Source: a virus
Length of the DNA: 64,000 nucleotides
Reading direction: 5' to 3' (one strand)
IMG/VR virus record: IMGVR_UViG_3300008952_000005
Location: 113,461 to 177,460 of that record
A program made the position numbers and the translations under genes. Shown here in pieces: positions 43,849 through 54,219 of the stretch (its first letter is position 1; the number at the start of each line of letters is the position of its first letter). Under the pieces are notes generated by a model. It was not told where the DNA came from. It ran no database searches and was given only the letters and a program-made list of their open reading frames with translations.

Positions 43849-46170
43849 TTATGCGACCTCCGCTATAAATTTGTTTAAAACTACTCTTGAAACTAGTCGA
43901 TTCTTCATACTCTTACCGAAGATTCTTTTTAATTCAGCACCAGTTCCTTTCTTAATAGTAGCGTCTTGTAAATTAAAGTTCTCAATATGCATTTTCTTAC
44001 CGTTTAATAAGAAATACTTGTCATAACCGTTTTGTTTTACATCAGCAGCGTTTTCAGTTCTAAATTGTTTTAACATTTTCATTTTCTTTTTTTCTTTATC
44101 TTCATAATCAGTATATGCACCGATAAATCTATCCATATCCCAACGTCTAATTCTTTTAACTATGTAGAAACCGACTATTGTAGGGTTGTAATCTTTTTTA
44201 ATCATATCTAATAATGTATCGGTCATAGCACTACCGTACCAACCGTCTGTTAAAACTATCTTTTTATTCTTATGTGTAATAACTACTTTAGATTCATAAT
44301 CAATACTTCTTTTTAAATAATTATGTCCTTTTTGTTTTGCGTCTTTAATATCATATTCATCAATTCTTCTAGTAGGTTTATCTGGTATAGGTATTATTTG
44401 ATTATGTCTGAAACTGTTGGCACCTCCGTCAGTTAAAGTAATAAAAGTAAGTTTTTCAACTTTATATTTATTTTGAAATTCTGGTATTAAGTTATTACAT
44501 ACTATCAATGCTTCATTTAAAGGAGTATTTCCTAAATAGTATTTGTCTGGTATATTATAGTTATTTCCTTTTGGATATTCCATTGAGTCTCTTCTTCCCC
44601 AACGTTGGTCATAATCTTTTGCCATATGAAATAAGTATAATAATGCTTCTTCAAATTCATTTTTTTTCATTCTATGACTAACACAATTTACTAATTTAAA
44701 TTCATCAAAAGCAAAATCACCGTACTTATAATTCCAATATTGTTTATCTCTTTCACTTGAATCTCTTTCACTTGTAAAAAAGTATACTTCAAATGGTATA
44801 TTAACTTTTCTAGTAAATTCAACTAGGTTAATTAATTGATTAACAGTATCAGCAATACAATCACTCATACTACCTGACCAATCTAATAACATTATCATAC
44901 CGTGGTTCTTACCGTCTGGTATAATAGTCATTCTTTTAAATATGTCTTCACTAAATTTGTAATTTCTTAATTTTAAAGGATCAATAACTCCTGTTTTATC
45001 AGTACTTGCTCTCTTATAAGCACTAGCAGCTTTTTTCATTTCAAATTCTTTAACAAGATACATAACTGTTTTCTTGTTTTCAGTTCTAAATTTTTTAAAC
45101 TTATCTAACAACCATCTTTTATATTCCAATGTACCTTCTGGATAACTTTTCATTGACTCATTAATATGTTTTCTGAAATCGTTTATAAAAGTTTTATATG
45201 ATACTAAACATTGTTTAAGATTTGGTTTAGGTAATGTTCCATATACATAAGAAGTTTTTTTATCTAACAACTGTTCTTTTTTCTGTTCAAAAGATTCATT
45301 TGTAATTGCTTTTAATTTTTTAGGTTTAGGGTCTCCGTCAGCACCTTTGGCGTGTTGTGTTGCTGTTTTTTCTTTTTCTTTTTTTTCTTCTTCTTCTTTA
45401 TCTTTTAAATCTTTATCAGTTGCTTTTTCTTCTGAATCTCTTTTATCATTTTTTTCATCTTGTTCATCTGGATTATCAGCACTTTCAGATTTTTGGTCTT
45501 GTTCTTTTTTATCTTCTGGATCAGTTGAGTCTTCATCTGATAATTCATAATTTTTAATTAATGGGTGGTCATCAAAGTCTGGTAATTTCTTCATTTGTTC
45601 AACTTGTTTTTTCTGCCAATTTAACATATCTTTAGCAACTCTAACAACGTCAGCAAAAGTTTTGATGGCGTCAACTTTTGCTAACCAATTGTTGTTATCG
45701 GGAGTAAATATAAATGGTATTCTGTTACTTGATTTACTTCTTAAATTAATCTTATCAATTAACATAAGTTCTTTATTTAAATCTTTGTTATTCATACCGA
45801 AGAAGTTTTGTTTTTCTAATATATCAAAACCGTTGATATAGTTTCTAACAACTCCTGGGTATTTCTTTTGAATTTTTTTATCTATTCTAGTATCTTCTAA
45901 TACATTAACGTAAGTTCTTAACTCATCATCATCTTGAATTTTTTTCCATCCGTCTTGTGGAGTAAATAATGCGTGGGCACATTCGTGAGCAATCAACATA
46001 TCATAAACATCACCGTGTGATTCTTTAAATATAGGAAGAGTTAACACACGAGTCTTTGTATTAAAACTTGCTGTTGAAACGTTGTTGTGTTGTATGATTA
46101 TATTTTCTGTTGCAATTAATTTAGCTAACTGACTTTTTGTATCTAAATTTATTGTAGTGCTTTTTTTCAT
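43849..46170 (-). CDS. Metallopeptidase-like plus VWA domain protein (partner of the AAA+ ATPase)
   Basis: AHECAH (HExxH), NVLED.RI; LLDWSGSM (MIDAS), GNTPL, TLTDG. Confidence 0.85.
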   Translation of the reverse strand: MKKSTTINLDTKSQLAKLIATENIIIQHNNVSTASFNTKTRVLTLPIFKESHGDVYDMLIAHECAHALFTPQDGWKKIQDDDELRTYVNVLEDTRIDKKIQKKYPGVVRNYINGFDILEKQNFFGMNNKDLNKELMLIDKINLRSKSSNRIPFIFTPDNNNWLAKVDAIKTFADVVRVAKDMLNWQKKQVEQMKKLPDFDDHPLIKNYELSDEDSTDPEDKKEQDQKSESADNPDEQDEKNDKRDSEEKATDKDLKDKEEEEKKEKEKTATQHAKGADGDPKPKKLKAITNESFEQKKEQLLDKKTSYVYGTLPKPNLKQCLVSYKTFINDFRKHINESMKSYPEGTLEYKRWLLDKFKKFRTENKKTVMYLVKEFEMKKAASAYKRASTDKTGVIDPLKLRNYKFSEDIFKRMTIIPDGKNHGMIMLLDWSGSMSDCIADTVNQLINLVEFTRKVNIPFEVYFFTSERDSSERDKQYWNYKYGDFAFDEFKLVNCVSHRMKKNEFEEALLYLFHMAKDYDQRWGRRDSMEYPKGNNYNIPDKYYLGNTPLNEALIVCNNLIPEFQNKYKVEKLTFITLTDGGANSFRHNQIIPIPDKPTRRIDEYDIKDAKQKGHNYLKRSIDYESKVVITHKNKKIVLTDGWYGSAMTDTLLDMIKKDYNPTIVGFYIVKRIRRWDMDRFIGAYTDYEDKEKKKMKMLKQFRTENAADVKQNGYDKYFLLNGKKMHIENFNLQDATIKKGTGAELKRIFGKSMKNRLVSRVVLNKFIAEVA

Positions 46171-46181
46171 AGTATGTATAT

Positions 46182-46210
46182 ATAATACAGGAAAAAATCG
46201 GGAAAGTCAA
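46182..46210 (-). promoter_or_regulatory. Sigma70-like early promoter
   Basis: TTGACT-17-TATTAT. Confidence 0.8.
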
Positions 46211-46250
46211 GTGTTCATTTCCCCTTATTTTATGCGGCTTCCAGACGATC

Positions 46251-47402
46251 CTATTTCTGAAATATGAAAACTGGCTCATATTTTGCACCAGATTCTTGCG
46301 AGGATAACTGTAATTTGTATGTATCCGTGTGTGTAAATCCTTCTTCTACAGCGATTCGTACTGTATCATCTTCAAAGGTTTTATGTGATTTAATGTTCGC
46401 TACATTTAACCCCATATACTTACCTTTTTTTAATCCTATATATGCATTTTGTATAGTTGTTCTTAAAAAGCCATTGTTCCACTCTTCATTACCACTATAT
46501 TGATTAAATGATTGTCCTGCTTCATCACCATATTGTTCCCAATTGAAATAAGGTGGACTTGTAAATGCAAAATCTAAACTATTTTCTTTTGGAACAAAGG
46601 TTTCACTACCACACTTGTTTAAAAAGTAATGTCTATTCTCTCTACCAAAATCTTTCTTAATCTCTTTTAGTCCTTTAAATGTTAATTCAGCTGGATCAGT
46701 ACCTACATAGTTAATATCTGCTATAATTGCACCTAATATACGACCACCATATCCCATTGACATATCCCATACCATAGCACCTGGGTGGGCAAAATGTGAG
46801 TATAAACACGCCGCTGCTGTAGGTCTAAAATTAGATACACATTGAGTTCCTGTATATCTTCTTAATAAAGACCTCATAACACTTTCTGATTTATGTTTTG
46901 AAGCAGGAGATATTTCAGTTATTTCACCATATAAATTACTTGCAAGTGGCATTAAATCATCTACTGATACTTGACCAAAGAAACTACCTGTTAATAACTT
47001 ACGTATACCCTTTTTAAAATGCTCTTCATTTTCATATATCTCCATAGGTGTTCTCATTTTACCACAACGTATACCAAAACTATGTGGCATATATGACCAC
47101 GCTAAAGATAGACCTGTTTGATTTGGTTTAATAACTTTATCTTGCGTTAATAACCCCTTGAAATCTGTTGATTGTAATGTTTTAAATTGTGATTCTCTAT
47201 ACTGTTTATCTGTAGCATAATAAGGAAATCCTCTTTTCATCCAATACTCATAAACTTTATCAATATTAGATTGTAATTCTTCTTCGTCTTTAACTACACC
47301 TTTTAGGTTACCCTTACTAGTAATAAGGTCTTCACCCATTATCTCTACACCAAATGCTTCTAATGCATTTTTTGTATCAGTTCTATTTGTTAGTTTTTTC
47401 AT
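46251..47402 (-). CDS. DNA amino-methyltransferase-like protein (SPPY type), paralogue of 29198..30427
   Basis: SNFRPTAA, VWDMSMGYGGRILG, YVGTDP, AFTSPPYF. Confidence 0.75.
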   Translation of the reverse strand: MKKLTNRTDTKNALEAFGVEIMGEDLITSKGNLKGVVKDEEELQSNIDKVYEYWMKRGFPYYATDKQYRESQFKTLQSTDFKGLLTQDKVIKPNQTGLSLAWSYMPHSFGIRCGKMRTPMEIYENEEHFKKGIRKLLTGSFFGQVSVDDLMPLASNLYGEITEISPASKHKSESVMRSLLRRYTGTQCVSNFRPTAAACLYSHFAHPGAMVWDMSMGYGGRILGAIIADINYVGTDPAELTFKGLKEIKKDFGRENRHYFLNKCGSETFVPKENSLDFAFTSPPYFNWEQYGDEAGQSFNQYSGNEEWNNGFLRTTIQNAYIGLKKGKYMGLNVANIKSHKTFEDDTVRIAVEEGFTHTDTYKLQLSSQESGAKYEPVFIFQK

Positions 47403-47961
47403 TTCTTCTTTTTTGGTACGCCAACCACATCTTCTTTGCCTTTTTTTCTGCCATTTCCAACTTCATTTTACTTGCGTGTTCTGTAAAAGTTCTACCTAAC
47501 ATATGTTCATATTCGTGTTGGAATATTCTACTTATCATACCATCTAATTGTCCTTCTTTTAAATCACCATTTTCATCTGTATATTTTGCTACACATTTTC
47601 TAGGTCTTACTATTGATAAAAATAAAAATGGAAAAGTTAAACAACCTTCTTTCATTAATACTGTTTCTTTACTTGTACTAACTATCATAGGATTAAAACA
47701 AGTCATTTTTAAACCATTTTCTAATGATAAATGGTCACCTAATACAAACATATTAAATGGTAACCCTACTTGATTAGCAGATAAACCTATACCACCATAT
47801 CTTAACATTGATTTAAACATTAAATCTGATAGTTCTTTTCTATCTTTAAAATCGTGTTCTTTTAACATATCATCTGTAAAAGGTGCTATTGCTGATTTAA
47901 CTCTAGGGTCACTAGGTGGTATCAACTGTAAAAATCTTTCTTTCTTTGTTTCTTCTGGCAT
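47383..47961 (-). CDS. def: Peptide deformylase
   Basis: GIGLSANQVG, EGCLT, FQHEYEHMLG. Confidence 0.93.
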   Translation of the reverse strand: MPEETKKERFLQLIPPSDPRVKSAIAPFTDDMLKEHDFKDRKELSDLMFKSMLRYGGIGLSANQVGLPFNMFVLGDHLSLENGLKMTCFNPMIVSTSKETVLMKEGCLTFPFLFLSIVRPRKCVAKYTDENGDLKEGQLDGMISRIFQHEYEHMLGRTFTEHASKMKLEMAEKKAKKMWLAYQKRRNEKTNK

Positions 47962-49676
47962 TATATCCTATCTAGTACTGAAAAGTTTTGGTCTTTTTTG
48001 TACTTAATTATATTTGTAAATTTATCAAATAGTATATCACCTTTATGTGAAATAATAAAGACATTTTCGTTTGATAATTTCTGTACTATTTTAAAGAAAT
48101 CATCTGTTCCAGCAAGGTCTAAACTTGAATCAAATATCTCATCTAGTATTAATAGATTTGTATTAGTAGAGTTTTTAAGTTTAGCAATATCTCTCCAAGT
48201 AAATAACAATGCTAAATCTATTCTCATCTTTTCACCTTCACTAAAGTTATTATAATTAAATGTATCTCTAAATCTACTCTTTACTGTTTCATTAAACTCT
48301 TCATCTAAATGAAACGATACATAAAACTCCATTGCTTGTAAATACTTATTAATCAATTGGTTCATTATAGGTATGTACTTCTTAATGATTTGTGCCTTGG
48401 CACCTTTGTCATTTAATACTTGTCTTAATACATCTTGATACTTTTTATCTTCAACAATCTTATCTAATTCTATTTTACAATGTCTTAATTGGTCTTTCAT
48501 TTCATCTAATTGTTTTCTAATATTTGCTATATCTTCGTCCTTATTTTTAAATACTTTTAAATCTTCTTCTATGTTATCACTATGAGTTTTTAAACTATCT
48601 AATGATGTTTCTACTTTTGATAAATCAACATTTAAACTATAAATCTTATCTGCTACTTTATCATATTCAGTTATTTTTTCACTCATACTTACAAGTTCTT
48701 TTAATAACTTTTCCATACCATCTTGTAATGTATTAATCTTACTCTTCTCTTCATCACATTTTTGATGTTTAAATTCTGGAGATAATGGTTGTGTACAGGT
48801 TGGACATACATCATTTTCTTCAAAAAATTTTAAAGAGTTCTTATGTCTTTCTAAATTCTGTTCAATCTTCGCTTCTATTTTATTTAATTTTGCATTCTTA
48901 TTATCAACATCAACTCTATCTTTTACACACTCTTTTGCTGAATCTATCTCTTTATTAATCATAACCATCTTACTCTCATACTCTAGTCTATCCTTGGTGT
49001 TCTGCTCAACCACCCTATTTCTATGCGTTTGGACGTCTATATCCTTGTGGAGAAGGGTATCCAAGTACTTTGCTTCAGTCTGATACTTGGTTTCTATAAG
49101 CTCACATTGATGTCTTGTTTCTGTTATTTTATTCTGTAAATCTCTTTGTTGACCACTCAAAATTGTATCCATTCTACTAAATGCTCTTATGTCTAAAATC
49201 TCTTCAACAACCTCTCTTCTAAAACTTGCTCTCATTTTCATAAATGGCATATAAGAAGAAGACCCTAATAATACTACTTGACAAAATGACCTATAGTTAC
49301 ACCTCATAATATTTGTTTCAAGATACTTTTGATAATCAATTGCGCTTGCGTCTTGACTTATTAATTGTCCATCACAATGTATTTCAAAGAAGTTTGGTTT
49401 AACTCCTCTCTTAACAATATACTCTTTAGGTCCAACACTAAATTCTAATTCAACCTCACATCCACCATTATTAATAGTATTCACCATCTGGTCTTTTTTA
49501 ATAATACGAAATGGTCTATTAAATAAAGCAAAACATAATGCGTCTAACAAAGTAGATTTACCACTTCCGTTAGAACCTATAACTAGTGTTAATTGTGATT
49601 TTTTTAAATCAATAACAATTGGAACATTGCCTGTAGATAAAAAATTCTTGTAAGATATTCGCTTAAACTGTATCAT
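47961..49676 (-). CDS. gp46: Recombination endonuclease subunit (SMC-like ATPase)
   Basis: Start MIQFKRISYKNFLSTGN; GSNGSGKST, CPTC hook, FSEGEK, LDEIFDSSLD. Confidence 0.96.
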   Translation of the reverse strand: MIQFKRISYKNFLSTGNVPIVIDLKKSQLTLVIGSNGSGKSTLLDALCFALFNRPFRIIKKDQMVNTINNGGCEVELEFSVGPKEYIVKRGVKPNFFEIHCDGQLISQDASAIDYQKYLETNIMRCNYRSFCQVVLLGSSSYMPFMKMRASFRREVVEEILDIRAFSRMDTILSGQQRDLQNKITETRHQCELIETKYQTEAKYLDTLLHKDIDVQTHRNRVVEQNTKDRLEYESKMVMINKEIDSAKECVKDRVDVDNKNAKLNKIEAKIEQNLERHKNSLKFFEENDVCPTCTQPLSPEFKHQKCDEEKSKINTLQDGMEKLLKELVSMSEKITEYDKVADKIYSLNVDLSKVETSLDSLKTHSDNIEEDLKVFKNKDEDIANIRKQLDEMKDQLRHCKIELDKIVEDKKYQDVLRQVLNDKGAKAQIIKKYIPIMNQLINKYLQAMEFYVSFHLDEEFNETVKSRFRDTFNYNNFSEGEKMRIDLALLFTWRDIAKLKNSTNTNLLILDEIFDSSLDLAGTDDFFKIVQKLSNENVFIISHKGDILFDKFTNIIKYKKDQNFSVLDRI

Positions 49677-49693
49677 AATATAAAAACTAAAAA

Positions 49694-50518
49694 TTAATAA
49701 CCTTCTGGTTTCAAATTCTTTCCTAATCCAACATAAGGTGATACACCTGCTGTCATTACTTTTGATTTTTGGTTTGGAGGATTCATAAAACAATTACCTG
49801 ATACACTTATTCTTTCTCCTGGTGTTCTATAAGGAAATACTTCGTGTCTTAATTGAGCAGGAAATATCCACATAAAACCTTCTTCTGGTATATATTTGTA
49901 TGTGTGTTCTGCCCATTTTGGCATTGCGTTTTCCCCATAATGCATTCCTATAACTCCTGGACCAAGACCAGTTCCTTGAAATGCTTTTCTTTCTTCTTCT
50001 AGGTCTGGTGTTTTTAAATATATAACCCAAGTGAATTGTCCACTGTGGGTATGTTGAGGATTACTTTCAGTTTCTTTCATAAAATTAATCCACAAATCCA
50101 TTAATGTATATGATTTTGAAAACTTTGCCTCATCATATTCTTGTCCAACAAATTGGCAATGTCCTTCAACATATGCGTCTATATATGGTTGAAATTTTTT
50201 AAGGAACCATTCTTTATCTTCCGTACTATAAACTCTTTGGTCACCTAATAGACCTGCTAATTTTTTATTAGCTGTACCTGTTGTAAGTTTTCTACCTCTT
50301 TCTAAAAGTCCTTTAAATAAACCATCATCTATTTTTATATAAGTACAATATGGTCCAAAATTTAAATGTCCTATTATATTTACTCTTTGTTCTGCTATCT
50401 CTGGAGCTTTTTTTCCAGCAAATTCATTTATTATTTTTTCACTTTTCATCTGTGCCTCAACTCTTTGCTGAAATTCTTCCATTGCCTTTTTTTCTTTTTC
50501 TTTATCGTCTATACTCAT
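49694..50518 (-). CDS. 2OG-Fe(II) oxygenase
   Basis: NPQHTHSG, IFPAQLRHEV, RISVSGN. Confidence 0.8.
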   Translation of the reverse strand: MSIDDKEKEKKAMEEFQQRVEAQMKSEKIINEFAGKKAPEIAEQRVNIIGHLNFGPYCTYIKIDDGLFKGLLERGRKLTTGTANKKLAGLLGDQRVYSTEDKEWFLKKFQPYIDAYVEGHCQFVGQEYDEAKFSKSYTLMDLWINFMKETESNPQHTHSGQFTWVIYLKTPDLEEERKAFQGTGLGPGVIGMHYGENAMPKWAEHTYKYIPEEGFMWIFPAQLRHEVFPYRTPGERISVSGNCFMNPPNQKSKVMTAGVSPYVGLGKNLKPEGY

Positions 50519-51573
50519 TGATTTACCTCGCTATATAGTTCTTTAGTATAATCTTTTAATTTACTTTTGTCAAGGTCTGTATCAAGTTGGTCTATATACT
50601 TGCCCAAAAATGTAAGTGTATCTTCACCTTGTTCTATTAAGTCTTCTTTTACACTAGCAGTTACATCACTAGTATCCTCAAAAATATTTAGTTCGTGTAT
50701 ATTCAATGTACTATACAACCTATTGATAAACTTATCATACATATCTTCATCTGTTTTTTGAGATATAAACAGTTTAATATAACTGTTATCAAATCTTGAT
50801 ATGTTTAACGTATTATAATCGTGTTGTGTATCATCATACACTATCTTTTTAAAGATTCTTATTGGGTTAGGTATTCTAGTTAACTCTCTAGTATCTGTAT
50901 CAAATATATGAAACCCTTTTGGATCTTTATAATCGTTCCACGTAATTTCATATTGTGTACCTAAATAATATATCCGACCATCATCTGATTTCTTATGAAA
51001 GTGTCCTGATATAACTTTTTCAAATCTATGAAACATTGATTTATCTAACCCTTGTTCGTTCATAAATCCTCTATTCATTTCAAACCCTTTAATTTCTAAA
51101 TGCCCCATACATATTTCAGCATTTGAATTTTCAATAGCATATAAAGACTCTTCATACGTATCATCACATATCCAAGGCATAAACAATATATGCAATCCAT
51201 CAAAGGAAACATCTGATGGTTTTGCATATATCCAAGGTTCATTTTGACCATCATACGTTGTACATAATTCAGTAATTGCATTTACATTATTAGTATTCTT
51301 ATAATAAGTATCGTGGTTACCCAATATAATATGTGTATCTACCTTTTCTTCCCAAAGTCTTTTCATAAACTTTTGGCGAAAAAAATTAGCAGTCTTATAG
51401 TTTATAAATTTACGTCTATCAACTACGTCACCTAAATGTATTAATGTCTTGATGTTGTGTTCTTTCAAATATGGAAAAAATACTTCATCATAAAACCGTT
51501 CTTGATACTGTACAAAATGAGGACTGTCGTTCCGACAACCAAAATGCGTATCGTTTAGTAGGGCAATCTTCAC
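50515..51573 (-). CDS. gp47: Recombination endonuclease subunit (Mre11-like)
   Basis: DTHFG, HLGD, GNHD, GHLE, SGHFH. Confidence 0.96.
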   Translation of the reverse strand: MKIALLNDTHFGCRNDSPHFVQYQERFYDEVFFPYLKEHNIKTLIHLGDVVDRRKFINYKTANFFRQKFMKRLWEEKVDTHIILGNHDTYYKNTNNVNAITELCTTYDGQNEPWIYAKPSDVSFDGLHILFMPWICDDTYEESLYAIENSNAEICMGHLEIKGFEMNRGFMNEQGLDKSMFHRFEKVISGHFHKKSDDGRIYYLGTQYEITWNDYKDPKGFHIFDTDTRELTRIPNPIRIFKKIVYDDTQHDYNTLNISRFDNSYIKLFISQKTDEDMYDKFINRLYSTLNIHELNIFEDTSDVTASVKEDLIEQGEDTLTFLGKYIDQLDTDLDKSKLKDYTKELYSEVNQ

Positions 51574-53129
51574 GTGTAATAATTCTCCTCTATAAAGTCG
51601 TGATAACTTGAATGTGTTTCAGCATCCTTATTCCATATGTCTTTACGTACATCTAATTTTTTAAAATATGGATCCATTATTTCTTTTATTTCTTCTTTAG
51701 TTTTATGTGTATGATATACTAAATTAGGTATATCATCTGGTGCCCAATTAAAACCAGCCGCTATAAAATGTAATCCACTATTACCAGCTTTTTCAGGAGT
51801 ATCAATAGGAAACTCCCAATATTTATTTCTTTGTAAAGCAGCTTGTAAATATCCAAGGAACATTTTAGGTTGCTTCGTAATTAAACTTTCTTCCCATACT
51901 CTATTGTTATTTGCTTTCCAATATGGTGTATCATTTCTTGTTGATAATGCATAATGCAACCCAACAAATTCAGCAAAAGCATAATATATAGATTTACAAG
52001 CAAATGTGAAGTTGTCTTTATCCCATTGTGTAATGTTATCTCTTCTTAAATTTCTTACAAGTTCTATTAAAAATTCGTGTATTGAAAACAAACCATTACT
52101 CTCTAATGGTTCAATAAATCCAGCAGATAGTCCTATAGCAGCCACATTTTTTACAAATAATCTTTCGTGTATACCACACTTCATTTTAAGATTTCTAAAT
52201 TCGTGTTCTTCATTACCAAACCCAGGTCGTACACCTGCTAAATGATTTTTAAATTCTTTTAAAGCAGTTTCATCATCTACAAATTTATCTGAATAAACAT
52301 AACCTGTACCAACTCTACTCCACAATGGTATATTCCATACCCAACCATTCTCTATTGCTGTGCAATTAGTAAAAGATTCAACTTCTTTCTTTTTATCTAC
52401 ATAAGGAATCTTGGTTGCCCACGCTTTATTATTTGGTAGTTTAGGGATAGGTTCAAAAGGTTCTTTTAATGCCTCTCCTAAAAGCATTGCTTTAAAACCT
52501 GTACAATCAATATATAGGTCTGCTTTATGTTTGCCGTTTAAAGAAACAATACCATTTTCATCTTGTTCAATATCTTTTATATCTTCTTGAATATATTTAA
52601 CACCTCTAGGGATACAATAATAATCCTTCAACCATATACCAAATTTAATTGCGTCAAACTGATAAGCAGAATCTTTATCATTGTCAAAACCGTAGAAGTT
52701 TTGAGCACCTTTACCTTGATTAATTAATGCCATAACAGGAGAAAAACTATCAGCATAATCTGAAACAGGTGTTTCTGGATAATATGCCTTTTTCAACCAC
52801 CAATCATTATAATTTAATCTAGTTCCTTCTGTTACAACTGCACCAAAGGGATAGTGAAATGCCGACTCGTCTTTTCCATTAAAGTCTGTAAACTTAATAC
52901 TAAATTTAATAGTGCCATCTGTATGTTTTAAAAATTCTCTATCATCTATGCCTAGAAATTTTGTCCATTGTTTAACTTTTGATATTGTACTTTCACCAAC
53001 TGATATTGTTGGAACGTTAGGTGATTCTAATACAGTTATATCTTTATCGGGAAATGCTCTAACTAAAGTAGCAGCCGTCATCCAGCCAGCAGAACCTCCA
53101 CCGACTATTAAAATCTTATCACACTTCAT
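51570..53129 (-). CDS. Flavin-dependent tryptophan halogenase family protein
   Basis: GGGSAGW, SVGEST, IKFSIKF (catalytic Lys position), DCTGF, GWVWNIP, FIEPLES. Confidence 0.9.
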   Translation of the reverse strand: MKCDKILIVGGGSAGWMTAATLVRAFPDKDITVLESPNVPTISVGESTISKVKQWTKFLGIDDREFLKHTDGTIKFSIKFTDFNGKDESAFHYPFGAVVTEGTRLNYNDWWLKKAYYPETPVSDYADSFSPVMALINQGKGAQNFYGFDNDKDSAYQFDAIKFGIWLKDYYCIPRGVKYIQEDIKDIEQDENGIVSLNGKHKADLYIDCTGFKAMLLGEALKEPFEPIPKLPNNKAWATKIPYVDKKKEVESFTNCTAIENGWVWNIPLWSRVGTGYVYSDKFVDDETALKEFKNHLAGVRPGFGNEEHEFRNLKMKCGIHERLFVKNVAAIGLSAGFIEPLESNGLFSIHEFLIELVRNLRRDNITQWDKDNFTFACKSIYYAFAEFVGLHYALSTRNDTPYWKANNNRVWEESLITKQPKMFLGYLQAALQRNKYWEFPIDTPEKAGNSGLHFIAAGFNWAPDDIPNLVYHTHKTKEEIKEIMDPYFKKLDVRKDIWNKDAETHSSYHDFIEENYYT

Positions 53130-53131
53130 AA

Positions 53132-53677
53132 TTATTTTTTTCTTTTATAAAAACTTTTAACTGGTTTCTTTTTAGTCGTTTTTTTCTTAACTGGTTCTTC
53201 CGCTGGTATATTCTTTCGTAGAAATTCTGTAAATTGATTTTTAAACTCTCTATCTTCTCCAGGTTGCAAAGTCATATCATCATAGTTTGCGTTTTGAATC
53301 ATACGGTGTTTAATAGTTGTTTGTTTCTTCTCTTTCTGTATTCTCCGTACAAAAGCATAGTAGATAATTTGTGTGAAATATGCAAAGGGATTGTTAGTTT
53401 TTTTAGGATTAAAATTGTCAAGATACTGCAAACAGTTTTCTATACCATCTGATATCATATCATCACGATAGGTATAATTTATAAAGTTTGGTCTATAAGA
53501 TAAGTGATTCGCTATTTTCAAAAAACACTCACCAACATAGTCTGGTACAGCTGGTTTAGTTTGTTTATTTCTTTTTGCTCTATTAATAGACTTTTTATAG
53601 TCCACCATAGCGGCAAAAAATTCTTTATTATTTACGTAGTGTTCTGGTTTTTTCTTTGTTCTTGTTGAATTCATCAT
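53132..53677 (-). CDS. gp55: Late-transcription sigma factor
   Basis: HYVNNKEF, YVGECFLKIA..LS.RPNF.NY.YRDDMISDGIENC, NPFAYFTQI.YYAF.RRI.KEKKQ. Confidence 0.96.
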   Translation of the reverse strand: MMNSTRTKKKPEHYVNNKEFFAAMVDYKKSINRAKRNKQTKPAVPDYVGECFLKIANHLSYRPNFINYTYRDDMISDGIENCLQYLDNFNPKKTNNPFAYFTQIIYYAFVRRIQKEKKQTTIKHRMIQNANYDDMTLQPGEDREFKNQFTEFLRKNIPAEEPVKKKTTKKKPVKSFYKRKK

Positions 53678-53683
53678 AATTAC

Positions 53684-53712
53684 ATATTACATCATTTTTT
53701 ACATATTGTCAA
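53684..53712 (-). promoter_or_regulatory. Sigma70-like promoter for gp55
   Basis: TTGACA-17-TAATAT; predicted TSS coincides with the ATG. Confidence 0.75.
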
Positions 53713-53718
53713 TGGTGA

Positions 53719-53754
53719 AACCAACATTGACTTTTTCCAAATTTTGTGTATAAT
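53719..53754 (+). promoter_or_regulatory. Sigma70-like promoter facing antisense to upstream genes
   Basis: AACCAACA-TTGACT-16-TATAAT on the plus strand; no plus-strand ORF follows. Confidence 0.55.
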
Positions 53755-53790
53755 GGACTATGTAGTCTGTTGGAGAACGCTCCAAGCACC

Positions 53791-54219
53791 CTAGTGGAGA
53801 GTTCTTTTCGTTGCCTTATCTCTAAAGATTTCATTTAACATTTCATTATCTTCTTCTGACAATTGTTCTCTTTCAAAGAGCCCACCTCGCCCTTTTTTAG
53901 GTTGGTCTAATTTATCATAATCATTTGCCAGATTTAAATAACTTTTTGACATATCTCCAGACGCCATAGTTATTGTCATTATCTTATCTTTTGGTATAGT
54001 AACTACTTTATCTGGTGTATAATTAACCCATTTAATAAGAGCAATATAATCTCTTATTCCCATAGGTGTCATCTGTGGAATATACTTAATCTGTAATGGT
54101 TTGCTGATTCGTAGCAAAGGAGATTTGTCTGGTAGTTGTTTCTCTCCAGCTGGTAAATGTGCAACAACATCATCACCATTTATTAGTTTGATTATTCTTA
54201 TGTCAGCTTTTACTTCCAT
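53791..54219 (-). CDS. Conserved T4-like hypothetical protein (Sm-like fold candidate)
   Basis: IIKLINGDDVVA...KP.QI...WV.Y; TATAAATA at 54274-54281 upstream. Confidence 0.65.
   Translation of the reverse strand: MEVKADIRIIKLINGDDVVAHLPAGEKQLPDKSPLLRISKPLQIKYIPQMTPMGIRDYIALIKWVNYTPDKVVTIPKDKIMTITMASGDMSKSYLNLANDYDKLDQPKKGRGGLFEREQLSEEDNEMLNEIFRDKATKRTLH

Noticed and set aside
49677-49793. ORF-track N-terminal extension of gp46 (likewise 17632-17715, 35172-35255, 35389-35418, 42437-42475)
   Set aside because: They overlap upstream genes or hairpins; homology begins at downstream Met codons
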